This document shows positions 48,060-60,700 of a stretch of 64,000 nucleotides of DNA, piece by piece. Source of the stretch: Neodothiora populina (taxonomy: Eukaryota); assembly GCF_041146345.1 (NCBI RefSeq), contig NW_027191409.1, positions 992,001 to 1,056,000 of the forward strand. The letters run 5' to 3'. Numbering within the stretch: the first letter of the stretch is position 1; each line of letters starts with the position of its first letter. The translations under genes and the position numbers were made by a program. The notes beneath the pieces are model-generated. The model worked only from the letters and a program-made list of their open reading frames with translations, ran no database searches and was not told the DNA's origin.

Positions 48060-50261
48060 CTACGTATCGAATATGATCTCGTCCCATAGGCGGTTTGAGA
48101 AACTCTGCTGCAAGTCCTTCAAAGTCCAGCCTTGTCTCGTCCCTATTTTCTGGAGAGTCTCTTTAAACTCTGCAATATCCGACTTGTAAGAGAAAGTCTT
48201 GATCCATTGTGGCGCAGACAGATTGTCCATGTGTAGACCGAACCTGTTCAGGCTTAGTACAAATGAGTCCAGCACGATAAGTCTTCTTACATACCACTCT
48301 TTGCCCCAGTGCGGACGTACCCTGCCCTCAGGACCAAGACCACGAAGTATGTCAAAAGCCATTTGACAAAAGTAAGCCCACTCGTCGTCCCCGACGACTT
48401 CAGGCACAGTCCCAATCTCTATAGCTACGGTACCGAGCTTGTTGCCTCGCTGCGGTGCCATAATAATGTCACTATCGCCCATAATCCTCATTTCTAATGA
48501 CAGGCGTAGAGGGGAGGCGGCCGTACCATACACAAGGTCTATCATCTTCCACCACAGCTTCCGAACGAATGACCAGTCCGGCTTTTGAATGTCAGATGTA
48601 GTAGATGTTGGTATTGCTGGTATCGGTATTTCTAGTTCCATACCACGCACACGCATGTATTGGAAATCTCTTTTCAGATGTTGCGCATTTGGAACTGCTG
48701 TCTTGATGACCAAGTCATGCGGATCTGTCAGCTTGGGGGGTAAGACAGACATCCCAATAGACGCAAGAATCTGCGACTGCTAGCGCGCAGGAATATCGGC
48801 GTAAAAGTCAGTGGAGCTGATGACTCCTCCAATCCAGCCACTGATCCATTGTAGAAAGCCCTGTACATTGTCAATGTAATCGACAGCACCCTCCCTGCCC
48901 AATCCAGAAGTCCAAGTGTTGACAAGCACACTTGACTGGTATGGATACCAAGTCCACTCTGCATGTTCGCTCGTCTCGGCCCTCACTTCGAAGTCCAGCA
49001 CAGCCTCGTGGACTTGCTCCTTGGTCGTAAGAAGTTGCAAAGCTTCAGGAACCTCAGAAAGGTCCAGAGGAGGAATGGCGAGCATGGTTGGCATCTTGCG
49101 AGGTTTCATGACCGCATAGGTTGTCCTTCGGACCTCGTAGGTGATATGTGTCACAATTCCTAACAGGCCAAAGCAGCCCGCCGCTGCACAGAGTTCAAGA
49201 TCATCTGTAACAACCTGTAATACCCCATTGACGTCGACGTACTCAATGTCTATCACTTCGTCGTTGATAGTCTTGTGCGAATAACCTGAGCCATGCGAGA
49301 TGGAACCATTGAGACCACCGATTGTGATCCTGCACAGGATTAGCCAAGAGATGATGTTCACGACCCGCGGTCAACTGACTCTCCCATCGAAATGTCTGTA
49401 GGCAAGGCCCATTCGTCCTTGACTGCGCACTGTCGAAGTTCTTCCACTGTTACTGCAGAGCCAACGCGAACGTGCAATCGATCTATATCCTTGCCAGAGG
49501 GAAGTAACTGGACGGTACGTAATTCACTGGGTGACGGTTTATGAGCGTCAGGGATTAGAGCTGATGGATCCGGCAACGACGTGACCTGTCGGAGAGGTAG
49601 TAATGATACAAGAATGTCCCCATCATCAGTGAAGACAGGGGCGCGACTATGTCGGTAACCGCTGCACCGGATCCGCTGACCTTTGTAAGCTCTGACCAGA
49701 TTCTGCAAGCCCAATACGGTTGTGGGAACGAAGGTGTATATTGGCCTCATTCTGATATTGAGAGCCCAATTAGTGAAGGGGACGTCAGCATAAACCTATG
49801 TGGTAAGGTAAGCCGAATGCGGGAAAAGTATGCAAAGCATTGGAAGAAGATACCTCCATGATCATGCTTTCTTGCTCATCCTCATACACGATAGGGCTGT
49901 TGGTCAACTTTGCTTTGGCTTTATCAACTAGCTTGTGTGCTGCACTTTCATGTGAGTGAACTCCTTTATGTCCCATATGAGCGAGCTTGTGATGGTCAAA
50001 AACGTGATGTCCGGCAAATGACGATGCAGTTTCGAGCCCATGCGCCGCAATCTCAGCAGCAGGTTTACCCTCTACGAATGCAATAACTTGACTTTGTGTT
50101 TTCGGATCTAGCTGCTCTGAAGCATAATCGAAGCTATAAGTATCCCTGAAGATCTGGCAGAAAGCTCGCAAAGCGTCCTCTGCTTCGACTCGATCATTCC
50201 GTAAAGCATCGGCAAGCGCTCGAAGCATGTCAGTGTCGATATTCGGGTGTAGCTCTGACAT
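48060..50261 (-). pseudogene. FAD-binding oxidoreductase (aldonolactone oxidase/VAO superfamily) with an in-frame TAG at 48782-48780
   Basis: Spliced frame gives FTNW...TFVPTTVLGLQNLV...RIRCSGYRHS...TIGG...SHGSG...AAAGCFGLLGIVTHIT...LEMRIMGDS...RPHWGKEW. It is interrupted by ...IPAR*QSQILASIGMSVLPP with no splice signals around the stop. An alternative ATG lies at 50345. Confidence 0.75.
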
Positions 50262-51114
50262 AGCATTGATGTTGTATACAATTTCGCCGAGGATGAAATT
50301 GGTGTTGAGCTTTGTAGGAGGCGGGCTCCAGAGTTCGAGTACCATGTTTAGGAATAATTGTTATGGTAAAGCGTACGATAACGAGTCACTTCAGGGGGCC
50401 AACTCCAGTACAGCACACATAGGTGCAAAGAAGTCAATATCTATGTTGTGATATCATTTTGAACGAAATAGAAGGCAGGCACGACCGAGTATCGACTAAG
50501 CTAGGTGGATGCCTGCATTCAACGCCGTCACATCACGAACATCGTGATACGCAAAAAAGTGCGCATTTTCCCTGGGTAATGCTGCTTAGGACAACGACAC
50601 TATTGCGTTTACTTTGATCCATGAAATGAAAGTGCAGTCATGGATGTAACGTCAATACCGGCATTTACACATGTGTTGTTGAGCCCTACAGTCGGATATA
50701 GACACGTAATAGGATGAGGTACAGGAAAATGGACACTGGTTGCAAGAGTCAACTTAGCCATTGCATATTCGACTCTACGCACCTATCCGCGTACGACTTG
50801 TATGGCTAATGCTTTCTCCGACCTTCCTGCTAAGTGGACAGGAGCGTACGGAACAATCATGCAATGCTAGTACGACTACCCTTTGCACGGCGTTCACAGA
50901 GATAGAGACTTCGACTCAAGGGAAAACATAATACTATGACTCAACATCAACGATAATTGCCTTAAATCTGTTGCGGCCTGGTTCCCGCGAACAAGTGGTG
51001 TAGACGGTTTAAGCATGAGTGACATCGCATCCGAGCATGCACGGTCCATCACGGAGGAACACGGACAAGTCATTAATCGACAGGTCACAAGAGTACTTCT
51101 CAGTACGGCTCATA

Positions 51115-51120
51115 CACGTT
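51115..51120 (+). promoter_or_regulatory. Possible Pho4/NUC-1 type E-box (CACGTT) about 350 bp upstream of PHO81
   Basis: CACGTT is a known Pho4 site variant and PHO81/nuc-2 is phosphate-regulated, but a single hexamer is weak evidence. Confidence 0.25.
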
Positions 51121-51470
51121 TAGCAGTCTAGACGCCTTATTGGTCTGAACTACGTCGTCAACCAAGTCAAAGGACAACAGCAATCCACCTTCACTGGACT
51201 CTAGGGCTGCTGAAGGACCGTGCCACTCTTTCTTATCGATACAAGCCCCTCAACCTTTATTCTCGTGTTGATGCTGAAAGAACAGAAGGTGTGAGTATAG
51301 TGATCCAAGAACCCATCACCAGACAGGAGGAACATATAGTGAATCGCTCCATTGGGGAAACCGGCATGTCCACTCGTTTTGCACACACCATCCCAAGATC
51401 AGCTCGATAGCTTGAACTTATACTATTGGTATTGTGAGCAAGAGCGCAAAGGGTTCATCGAGCTGCCAAG

Positions 51471-54400
51471 ATGTATGTCACATCTATACTGCCATGTGGA
51501 TGACATCCATAACCTTTGTGCGTAGGAAGTTCGGCAAACACATCCAGAAGCGGCAACTCGACATCCCTGAATATGCTGCCAGTTTTGTCGACTACAAGGC
51601 GCTGAAGAAGGTCCTGATAAAGTATCGTGCGACAACATCCGCAAGGAACTAACACTGTCACAGTTGATCAAGAAGCTTAGTGCTACTCCAGTAATTAATG
51701 CGCAAGAATCACTGCAACACCGAGAACATCTTGCATATTCCCAAGCTTCGCTTCAAGCAAATAAAGCCACCTTCTTCTTCCGCCTGGTAGGTCTACATCT
51801 CTTGCGGGAATGCAACTGTACTAATGGCCATTGTAGGAGCGAGAGTTAGAAAAAGTCAACATCTTCTACCTACAAAAGGAAGCAGAGGTATGCCAATATC
51901 ATCGCATCAGAAGACCTATAGACTGATGTGTACAGCTCGAACTCCGTTTACGAACTCTCTTGAACCGCAAGAGACTACTCCAATCGCGGTCTTCTTCAGC
52001 TTCAAAGGTGTCCTCCATCTATATCACATTAGATGAGGGATTTCGCCTCTTCAACAATGATCTCGACAAGCTTCAGGTAGGCGGGATCGCCGTTTTTTTG
52101 GCTTCTGCACGAGCAACAACTAAGACATCCTAGCAATTCGTTGAAATCAATCAGACTGCATTTTCGAAGATTTTGAAGAAGGTAGCTACAGTTCTTCCCC
52201 TGACTAGGTACCGTGCCAAATGATATGCTAACAGGGAAATAGTGGGACAAAACGTCAAAAGTCAGTCCGGTCTGCCTGAAGACAAAGTGCTAGATTACTA
52301 ACATTTCTTTAGTCGCGGACAAAGGAGCTTTACCTATCTAGAGCAGTAGAAGTCCAACCATGCTTCAACAGAGATGTCATCCGAGATCTTTCCGATCAGG
52401 CGACCACCAGCCTACTTGAACTTGGTGCTTGGGCGGAAGGAGAAAAGATTGAATTCACTCCCTCGGCATCCGACCAAGGATCCCGCACTCAGATCAATGC
52501 CCAGGACGACAATGACATAGAGGTACAGATACAGCAAGCTGTTATTTCTGGAAATATCGGAGTAATTCAAGACTGGATCGCTCGAGTGCGCTCAAGCCCC
52601 GAGGCACAAGATCGTATCAGCCGAGTTTTTCTGGCCACTGTCAATGATGCGCCCTTGGAGGCCCAGCAGGCACTTCTAGACACTGGCCTCGTCGACTTGA
52701 ACTACGTCGATGAGATCAACGAGCGTACCCCTTTACACGAGCTTGCAATTTCCGGAAGGATGCAATCTCTGATCTGCTTACTTGAACGAGGTGCCGACAC
52801 AAGATCGACTGATGTCTATGGGCGCATACCGCTGCACTACGCATGCATGCACGGTAATGTTGGTGCGGCCGAGGCTTTTGTCAAGTATGACGGCATGGCA
52901 GCAGCCCGAAGCGCGATATCTGGAACGACGAGTACAGGCTCGATTGTAGATTTCAAGGATCTGGACAATTTCACCCCTCTCGTCCACGGCCTTGTACATT
53001 CACAATTCGCAGCTGTGCAGTCAATACTGCAGCTCGGTGCCCGGGTTGATCCTGATAGCGAGGCTGACCACATTCCACTTAACCTGGCATGTCAGTATTG
53101 TTCAGTAGCAATAGTGGACTTGTTGCTTCAATACAAGCCACGGATTCTACCGGATGCGGAAGGTCTCTATCCACAGCATCTAGTACCTCGATCGGGGCGA
53201 AGCCCGCAGATACTACTAATGCTCCGGAACTATGGAGCCAATCTCGATCAGCCAGATAAGCTCTATCAATGGACGCCCTTATTCCACGCAGTCAGTGAGG
53301 GCCACCTTGCCTGCCTGCAGACACTGCTGGACTGTGGTGTCAAAGTCGACGTGGTCGATGAGAAGGACCTTTCAGCAATGTACTATGCGGCGTGGGAAGG
53401 TCACCTTGACTGCCTTCGTCTGCTCGAGCAAGCCAGCAACGCCAGAAAGGTAGAGGAGAAGCCGAAGCCCATTGCTGCCACCGTTTCGTCACTCTTGTCT
53501 TCCAGTGCGCCGATGCCAATGAGCGCCGAGATTGAGGCAATACCTGATCTTTCTCTGCCACCACCTATCATCCCTCTCCGAAGATATGGTCACAATTTCC
53601 TGGATACGACAAAGACGTTTATCGTCATCAGCTTCGACAACGAGAACGGAGATCCTATTAAGTTCTACGGCGACAACAAGTATCCGGCAGCAAGGCTTAC
53701 GATTTCCTCAAAGTCATCCGATCTGGTGCCACGTAACGTTCCGTTACCTATCCAGGATGACTTCAAGGTGATTTCGTTCCAGATTGAGAATCTTGAGACG
53801 TTCTCATTAGATTTCGACATATTCCCCACTTTCGGCTCCAAGGTGATCGCGCGTGGAGCAGCGTCGTCGTTGGTGTTCTCCAGCAGATACAACAGCTCGG
53901 GTAGCTGGCATTTGGAGCTATTTGACCCGAGACTGCGTGCCATTGGACGTATCAGCTTCAGATATCAAGTCGTCACACCATTCCATGGCATCCCCTTGGA
54001 AATCACACAGTTCGCGACATACTGGAAGGCCACGAGCCAGATCAGCTCGCAGCCCAATGCGCTTATCACAGGGTCTAGTCTGACTGGAGAGTACGTCCGG
54101 CTTTTTGTCCAAGCGACCAGAGATGGCGTTCCCGTCATGTATCCACAGTGGGCCATTCCTACGGACAACACAAAGTACGGAGTGAACAACGATCTCATCG
54201 GTCGGCTGACGTACGAGCAATTCCAGACCATCGCCAGAGGTCACGGAAAGGGGGCGGACAAATTGGCGTCAATACTGCAGAGTATCCCTCATGACCTCAC
54301 AGCTCTATCTCAGGGACTGGCCACGTCATGGTCGTCACTGAAGGAAGCGCTAGACTTACTTCCTCCTGAAGTGCATCTGGACTTGCACATCATCTATCCG

Positions 54401-55046
54401 GACCGCACGCAAGAAGATGAGCTACAGCTTGGGCCGACAGGAAATATCAACCATTTCGTCGACAAGATACTCACCGTGGTGTTCGATCACGCGACTCAGC
54501 TCAGGAGCAAACACGACGGGCACATCAGATCGATAGTGTTCTCGTCGTACAACCAGCACATATGCACAGCGCTGAATTGGAAACAGCCAAACTGTAAGTT
54601 TTGATGTGGTGGTGATGGCACGACAAGACGACTAATCTATTCTCTACAGATCCCGTACTGTTATGCAACGATCTCGGCATCGAGGCGACGAGCTCTTCGA
54701 CGTCAGGGTCGATGGTGGAAAGCAGCGGACGAACAGCGATATCGGTCAAGGAGGCAGTGAGGATCGCACAGACCAACAACTTCATGGGTCTGACGTGCAA
54801 CTCACGTCTGCTCGTAAGTGATCGTTTGTGGCGATGCAAAGCAGGTCGACTGACAAGACACAGGATCTCGTGCCAGCTCTCACGGAATCGATCAAGACAG
54901 CAGGGCTTGTGCTGGTCAGTGATCTCATGCACAGGGATTCCAGTCCTCGAGCGGCCTATGACTCGATGCAGAGCGACCCTGAGGGACTGGATGGAATGCT
55001 GGAGAACAATGCAGTGTTGCGTTTCCACGACAGCATCGACATGTAG
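51471..55046 (+). CDS. PHO81: SPX-ankyrin-GDPD-like cyclin-dependent kinase inhibitor (Pho81/Nuc-2)
   Basis: Start codon split AT|G by intron 51473-51525, giving MKFGKHIQKRQLDIPEYAASFVDYKALKK (SPX). Several short exons, including 18-nt WDKTSK at 52243-52260. Ankyrin repeats (TPLHELA, IPLHYAC, WTPLFHA), LPPPIIPLRRYGHNFLD, and a GDPD-like tail (CTALNWKQPN-YPVLLCNDLG). Confidence 0.94.
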
Positions 55047-55177
55047 AGGTGTAGAAGTGCAGAAAAGGCACGCGTGCAGAAAAGCAAGGGTATATAATAG
55101 CTCAGAAACAATGAGAAAAGAACAAATTAGTTGTTGCAGATCCCAGTTGCGTTTCTAGTGCATAGGAGTGGGCCCTT

Positions 55178-55860
55178 TCATGCACCCTTGTAGTTGTACT
55201 TGAGGCGCTCGAGCTCCACGACATCGACGGCAGTCATCTGGCTCCGGGCAAACAGGATGACGGAGAAAATGGCTGTGAAATGTCGAAAGTCATCAGCCTT
55301 TCTGAGCCCACGCACGGCAGACACATGACCAAGACTAAGGCACGGAAAAGAAAAAGGAAAAGGTACCAACCTCCAGGTAGCACGCCCCTCCAGAAGCCCT
55401 CGACAGAGCCCCTCCTCCAAGCAACAACCGCGACGAGGCCCAGCACAAGACAAAGCAGCGCATTAAGCAGCACGATGAACCTCTCAGCCGGACCTCTCGG
55501 ATCCCCCTTATAAGCGGGCCTCTTACCCCTCTTCCTCGCCGACAAGTTGCTTCCATCCGCATCATCATCGAATCGCAACGGCAGCAAAAACAGAATATAC
55601 GCCGTGCCGACCAGACTGGTAATCGACAGAACGGCGATGAGCCAGTCGCGGTAGGCGCGCGGGATGATGACGGCGGGCACGTAGAGGAGCAGAGACGCGA
55701 GGGGCAGGGGCAGGAATGCGCGGCGGTAGAAGTCGTTTTGTCGGGCGTCGCGCAGGGTTAGAGACGTGATTAGTTCTTCTTGGTCTTGCGTGTCGAGGTC
55801 GGGCTCGTCGTCGTCCGAGGACGGGTAGTGGAAGGTTTTGCGCAGGCGGGTTGTCGCCAT
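55178..55860 (-). CDS. Hypothetical multi-pass membrane protein
   Basis: Exons 55860-55371 and 55272-55178. MATTRLRKTFHYP...LDTQDQEELI, about four hydrophobic segments, ending VELERLKYNYKGA. Confidence 0.8.
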
Positions 55861-57083
55861 CTTTGCTGGAGCTTGCGTGGTTGGAGTGGTGGTTTGGTGG
55901 AATGTAGAGGTGTGGATGTAGAAGTGGGGGTTTTGTTCTGTCTGCCTGTTTTTGACAGTAACGTAGACTACCGTAGGTAAGCTAAGGTAAGGTAAAGTAA
56001 GTAAATATAGTAAAGACAGCAAAAGAACCTGTATAACAAGGTAGTTTCACGCGGGGCAGGTTGACGTGACGTTTATTTGTTTGATCGATTCAAGAATGAC
56101 GAAGTATCAGAAGTCGCTGTTCGGTTAAACAGTTTCGCCGAAGTGAGAAGCAGTCGTCGGCTGTGCTTCCGTCACGAAAGTTCCCCGTCACCTGCTGCTA
56201 TTCTATGTAATTATCTGCTAAGCAATTTACATGGGCTACTCGAGAGGAGCAAAAGGACCAAAAAGGTATGGATGGATGGATCGCCGGATGGACTACAAAT
56301 GGGGATACGGCTCCGTGGACTTGAAAAGCGGAGCAGATACACGTGTACTACCATCTTGTCTATATCCATGACTGATCATCTAACCATGTCCATTACTTTT
56401 TCTGATCTCCGTTTCCACATCTACTTACCACTGCACCACTCATATGCATGACTGCAAGTAAACGTACAAGCATAGAAGAAGGAGAAACTCATCTAGAGAT
56501 AGCATACTGTATATGCCCCCGAAAAATAACACATAGCATGTACCATGTACCACACAGACCATATACCATATAAAACATGTTCAATACATGGGGGGAAGAA
56601 GAGATGAAATAGTATAGATAGACGTACAGACTTCCCAGTCAAAGAAATGAAGATCGAGAATCGAAAACGAGGGTTATTTCAGATAGATACTAAACAATTT
56701 GATAGATAATGAACGAATGAATAGACAATAGAATGAATGTGACAACCGCGAGGAATAGAGATAAGACGACGCCAGAGAACGAAGAGGAGAAATGGGAGAA
56801 AAGAAACGGCTGACCAGAGCACTTTTTCATTTCTCTTTTCTTCTCCCTCCTTTTTCAGTTCTTGCCTTCATCTTCTCCCTGGACTCGGCGATTTCTTGTT
56901 CTCGTTCTTGTTGTCCATTTGGATGACGGAAGACTCGAAAGGGGCAAGAGAAGAAGAAAAAGAGTTCCTCTGCCTGCCCCTCACTTACTCCTACGCTTTG
57001 GTACTGCCCCACCAAGTCCCACTTTCCCTAGTACTTTCTCGAGCGGATGCGTGAGAAAGCATGAAAAGAGAAGAGAACAGAGC

Positions 57084-58827
57084 TCAAGCCTTGACACCAA
57101 CAATGCCGGCAATCTTAGTAGCGGCCTCCTGCGTGTTACTTCCATAGCTCAAATGAGTACCGGCACCCTGAGTCTTACCGCCCAGATCACAAACGGTGTC
57201 GCCAGCGTAGCAGTATCTGACCACCTTACTGTCGTCGACCTTGTTGAACCCCTGGCTGTTCTCCGGGTCACCGAAAGCGGCCACGGCGGCGACTTTGGAG
57301 CCGTCGAAGCCGCCCGCGCTGGAGAGGGCGTAGTGCACGACCATGGCGCCTTGCGAGTAGCCGCCTAGTACGATCTTGGTATCTGGACATTGGGATATGG
57401 CTTGGTTTGCCAGCTTGGCCATTTCGGGACCGCCGGATCCGCCGAGTTGTGCGTTGCCCTGGGCGGGTGTTAGTCTCATGGGTGCAAGTGCGAGAATAGA
57501 GGAAGCTACGTACTTCGACGGAAGCAGGGTAGTCAACACCCTGGACAGCGAGAGACCCGGTCGCCGTCTGGAGATCCGAAGCAAGACTTGGTCCGACAAT
57601 CTCACCGAGAGTGCCCAACTCCGTGGTACCACGAGCATAGATGAGAGTGACCTTCTTGCAGCCTGTGTTACCAGCCACATCGTTGGAGCCAACGGCACCT
57701 GCAGCGCTGCCGGCTATAGCCATGACATTAGCATGTTTAATTGGCAAGAGGTGATGAGAAATAAAAACATACTGAGGGAACCGAGATCGCCAAAACCACT
57801 TGTGGATGTGCCTGTTGAACCTGTAAGCCCTGAGAGCCCTGAAAGGCCAGAAAGACCAGAGAGGCCGGAGAGTCCACTAGTACCGGTGGAGCTGCCAGAC
57901 GCAGCAGCAGATGACGACGTTCCTGTAAAGCAAGTGGTTAGACCCGAGGCTCCAACTTCTACAATCGAGCCATGCTCATGTGCGACCAATGTCGTTCTCA
58001 GCGAGGGCAGGCAATGGAGACATACCTGTAGAACCTCCGAGCAGACTGCTGAGGTCTTGGCGCTTCTCCTTGAGACCTCCGCCGAGAGAGGACAGGTCAC
58101 CAAGTCCCGAGCCAGATGTCAACGAAGAGAGATCTCCTAGGCCAGAGCCCGAAGAACCAGATGAGCCCGACGAACCGGACAAGCCCGACAAGCCTGACGA
58201 TCCGGATGAACCGGTCAAGCCCGACAGACTCGACGACCCAGACAGACCTCCCAAACCAGAAGTGCCAGAAGTCAAGGATTCGAGGCCAGAGAGGCCAGAA
58301 GATCCTCCACCCAGGGTGGGAGTACCACTGGTCAGCGATCCGAGAGAGCCCAAAGAGCCAGAGCCGCCGAGACTGCCCAATGAGCCTAGGTCCTGACGCT
58401 TTTGACGATGAGTGCGGTAAGTGCTACCACCAAGACCAGTGCTCAGAGGCTGAGGCAGCTCAGGAGAGCTTCCACTACCTTGAGGAACAGGAAGAGCTGG
58501 GCCGCTGGGAATGGGCCAGCTGCCAGAGCCGCCCATGGGGAAGCCGGTCGGTTGTGCCGATCCCAGTCCACCACCCAGGCCAGATCCAAGAGAAGGAAGG
58601 CCAGTGCCTTGACCCAAAGCTGGGAAAGAGAAGGATGGGAGTCCGGAAGGAATGGGAAATCCGGTACCTTCACCCCCAGCGGGAAGGGAAAAAGATGGCA
58701 ATGAACCGCCAGAGCCTAGGCCAGAGATGGCAGACTCACCTCCCTCGGAGGCCTGACGCTGCTCAAGGGGCGCGGCAATGGCACACGCAGCAAAGGCCAG
58801 AGCGGCCATGGTGTATGAGTACATCAT
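57084..58827 (-). CDS. Secreted cutinase (CE5) with a long Gly/Ser/Leu-rich N-terminal region
   Basis: Signal peptide. Exons approx. 58827-58026, 57922-57773, 57713-~57514, ~57459-57084. CKKVTLIYARGT, VQGVDYPA, CPDTKIVLGGYSQG (catalytic Ser), FGDP, CYAGDTVC (Asp), HLSY (His). Confidence 0.92.
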
Positions 58828-59056
58828 AGTTGTAAGGTACAAGAAAGTGAATGGAAAAGAGAGTGGTTGGCGTTTAGTCAAAGAGAGAACACCGGCGCAA
58901 GATAGTCAAGCCTGCTTGATATGGATTGCGAGGAAAGGAAAGCGATGGAATGGATGAGAGAGTTCTAGCTGGAGCCAAGGACCGTATACTTATACAATCC
59001 TAGACGGCATCTATTCCAACACATCACATCGAGGTTGATGGCATTATATTCAACAA

Positions 59057-59816
59057 GCCGAGGCCGCTTGAACAGTCAACGCCTGCCATAGGCTGGTCTC
59101 TCGCTGGCATGGCGTAACGGAAACAGAGAGCTGAAGCTGAAACAGCGACAGCAAACTGTCCATGACGATACTGCCAGGAAGGGCTGGATGTTCTAGGCAA
59201 TAGCGAACATGTCCGTCCATTTCCAGCGAGCACAATCAAAGGTCTATCACTTACTGACTCGACACGCGGTGGTGTGATAGCGGTTGCGCCATTCGAAGTC
59301 ACTGCCATTAAGGTAGAACCTCGTTCCGTTGCAAGGACAATGGTGGGGGTTTTCTTCCGTGTAGGAGACTTGCCTCGGATGTCGAGTACAGCGGAAGTCA
59401 GCGGTTCGCTGTCTTGACTTGCCCATGGCATGGTGATTGTGCTTTGTTCTCAAGGTGGATACATTTATAGAAGTGGTCGCTGTTTCGTGCCGAGACAAGC
59501 TCTCAGGCTCGACGCCACTAGTGCTAAGATCTTCATGACCTACACGATCTCTATCATTCCTCGGGGTGGAGGCGTTTGTCTCTCTCGGTTGGACATACTG
59601 TGACAAATTTCATGTCAGTGTCAGAATACGCATAGAGATTGAGGGTGTTGCGGCGTGGTTCCGGAGTCTACAAGACCATTTGGTGCTGATGTTTCAAGCT
59701 GCACCTTCTGTGTATGACAAGTCGAAAGATTGCCCAATGCGGCCTTGAGATGGCAAAAGTGTTGCCGGAGCGCTTGACAAAGGAAGGTAGGTAGTCATCG
59801 TTGCTCAGATCCGAGG
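59057..59816. promoter_or_regulatory. Cluster of four FarA/FarB (CTF1) core sites CCGAGG/CCTCGG upstream of the cutinase
   Basis: Sites at 59058-59063 (inside GCCGAGGC), 59373-59378, 59559-59564 and 59811-59816. Confidence 0.6.
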
Positions 59817-60700
59817 TAGATACAGTACAGACTTCTCAATGCTTGGTCGTTTGAAACCAAAGCGACGGCACACATGCATGAAAGGCAATGCAACAGGAAT
59901 CGAGGATGCACATTGCCGCTTGAAGGGCAGTGGGTATCACACTCTGACTCTGTGGGGCTGTTGTCGGAGAATTGCATCTTGGATACAGTGGCTGAAGTGG
60001 TTGGTCAGTCACAGATGTCGGCATATTATGACCAACTGAACCCCGGATTTTGGTGTTTCGTCATGCACGAAACCGCGCTGGAGGCACTAGTGTGGAATCA
60101 TGCTATAAGTGGTGATGCTCTGCCATGTGGCTGAGGTTGCTCAACACAGTAATTCCAATGCACTGTAGTAGGTTGAAACAGATGTACTCTCTGTTCCGAC
60201 TGTGCCACAAGGGAAATGTTCGGCAATGCAATCCGAGTGCTGCCTTACGCAGGTACTAGTGTATTGCTAGACAGAAGACACGAGTACTCGATCAAACCGA
60301 CCCTATTATACCCTTACGAACAGCAGCTATAAGCGCGGCTGGTGTGTTTTATGCAAGTCAATTGACATGTGTGAACACTTGCATATGGTCAAGCGAACAT
60401 GCAAATGGTCTTGCCTGCCATCATTCCAATTGCTGCAAATAACTTTGATGGCAAGCACAAAGGACGAGAACATGGGCAATACAGTATGGACAATATAGTA
60501 TGGGTAATATAGTATGGGTAATATAGAAATCGAGAGAGTCAGGATTGCGACAACAATGAGCTCGGGCCACCTCCGCCTAGTTGACACGCGCATACACACA
60601 TACTTGTGCAAGACATACAGTATCCCTCTGGCAATACTATACCCATATCACAACTACAGATCGAGACAGCAGCAGCAGCAGAGCAGCAACAAGCGGAGAC

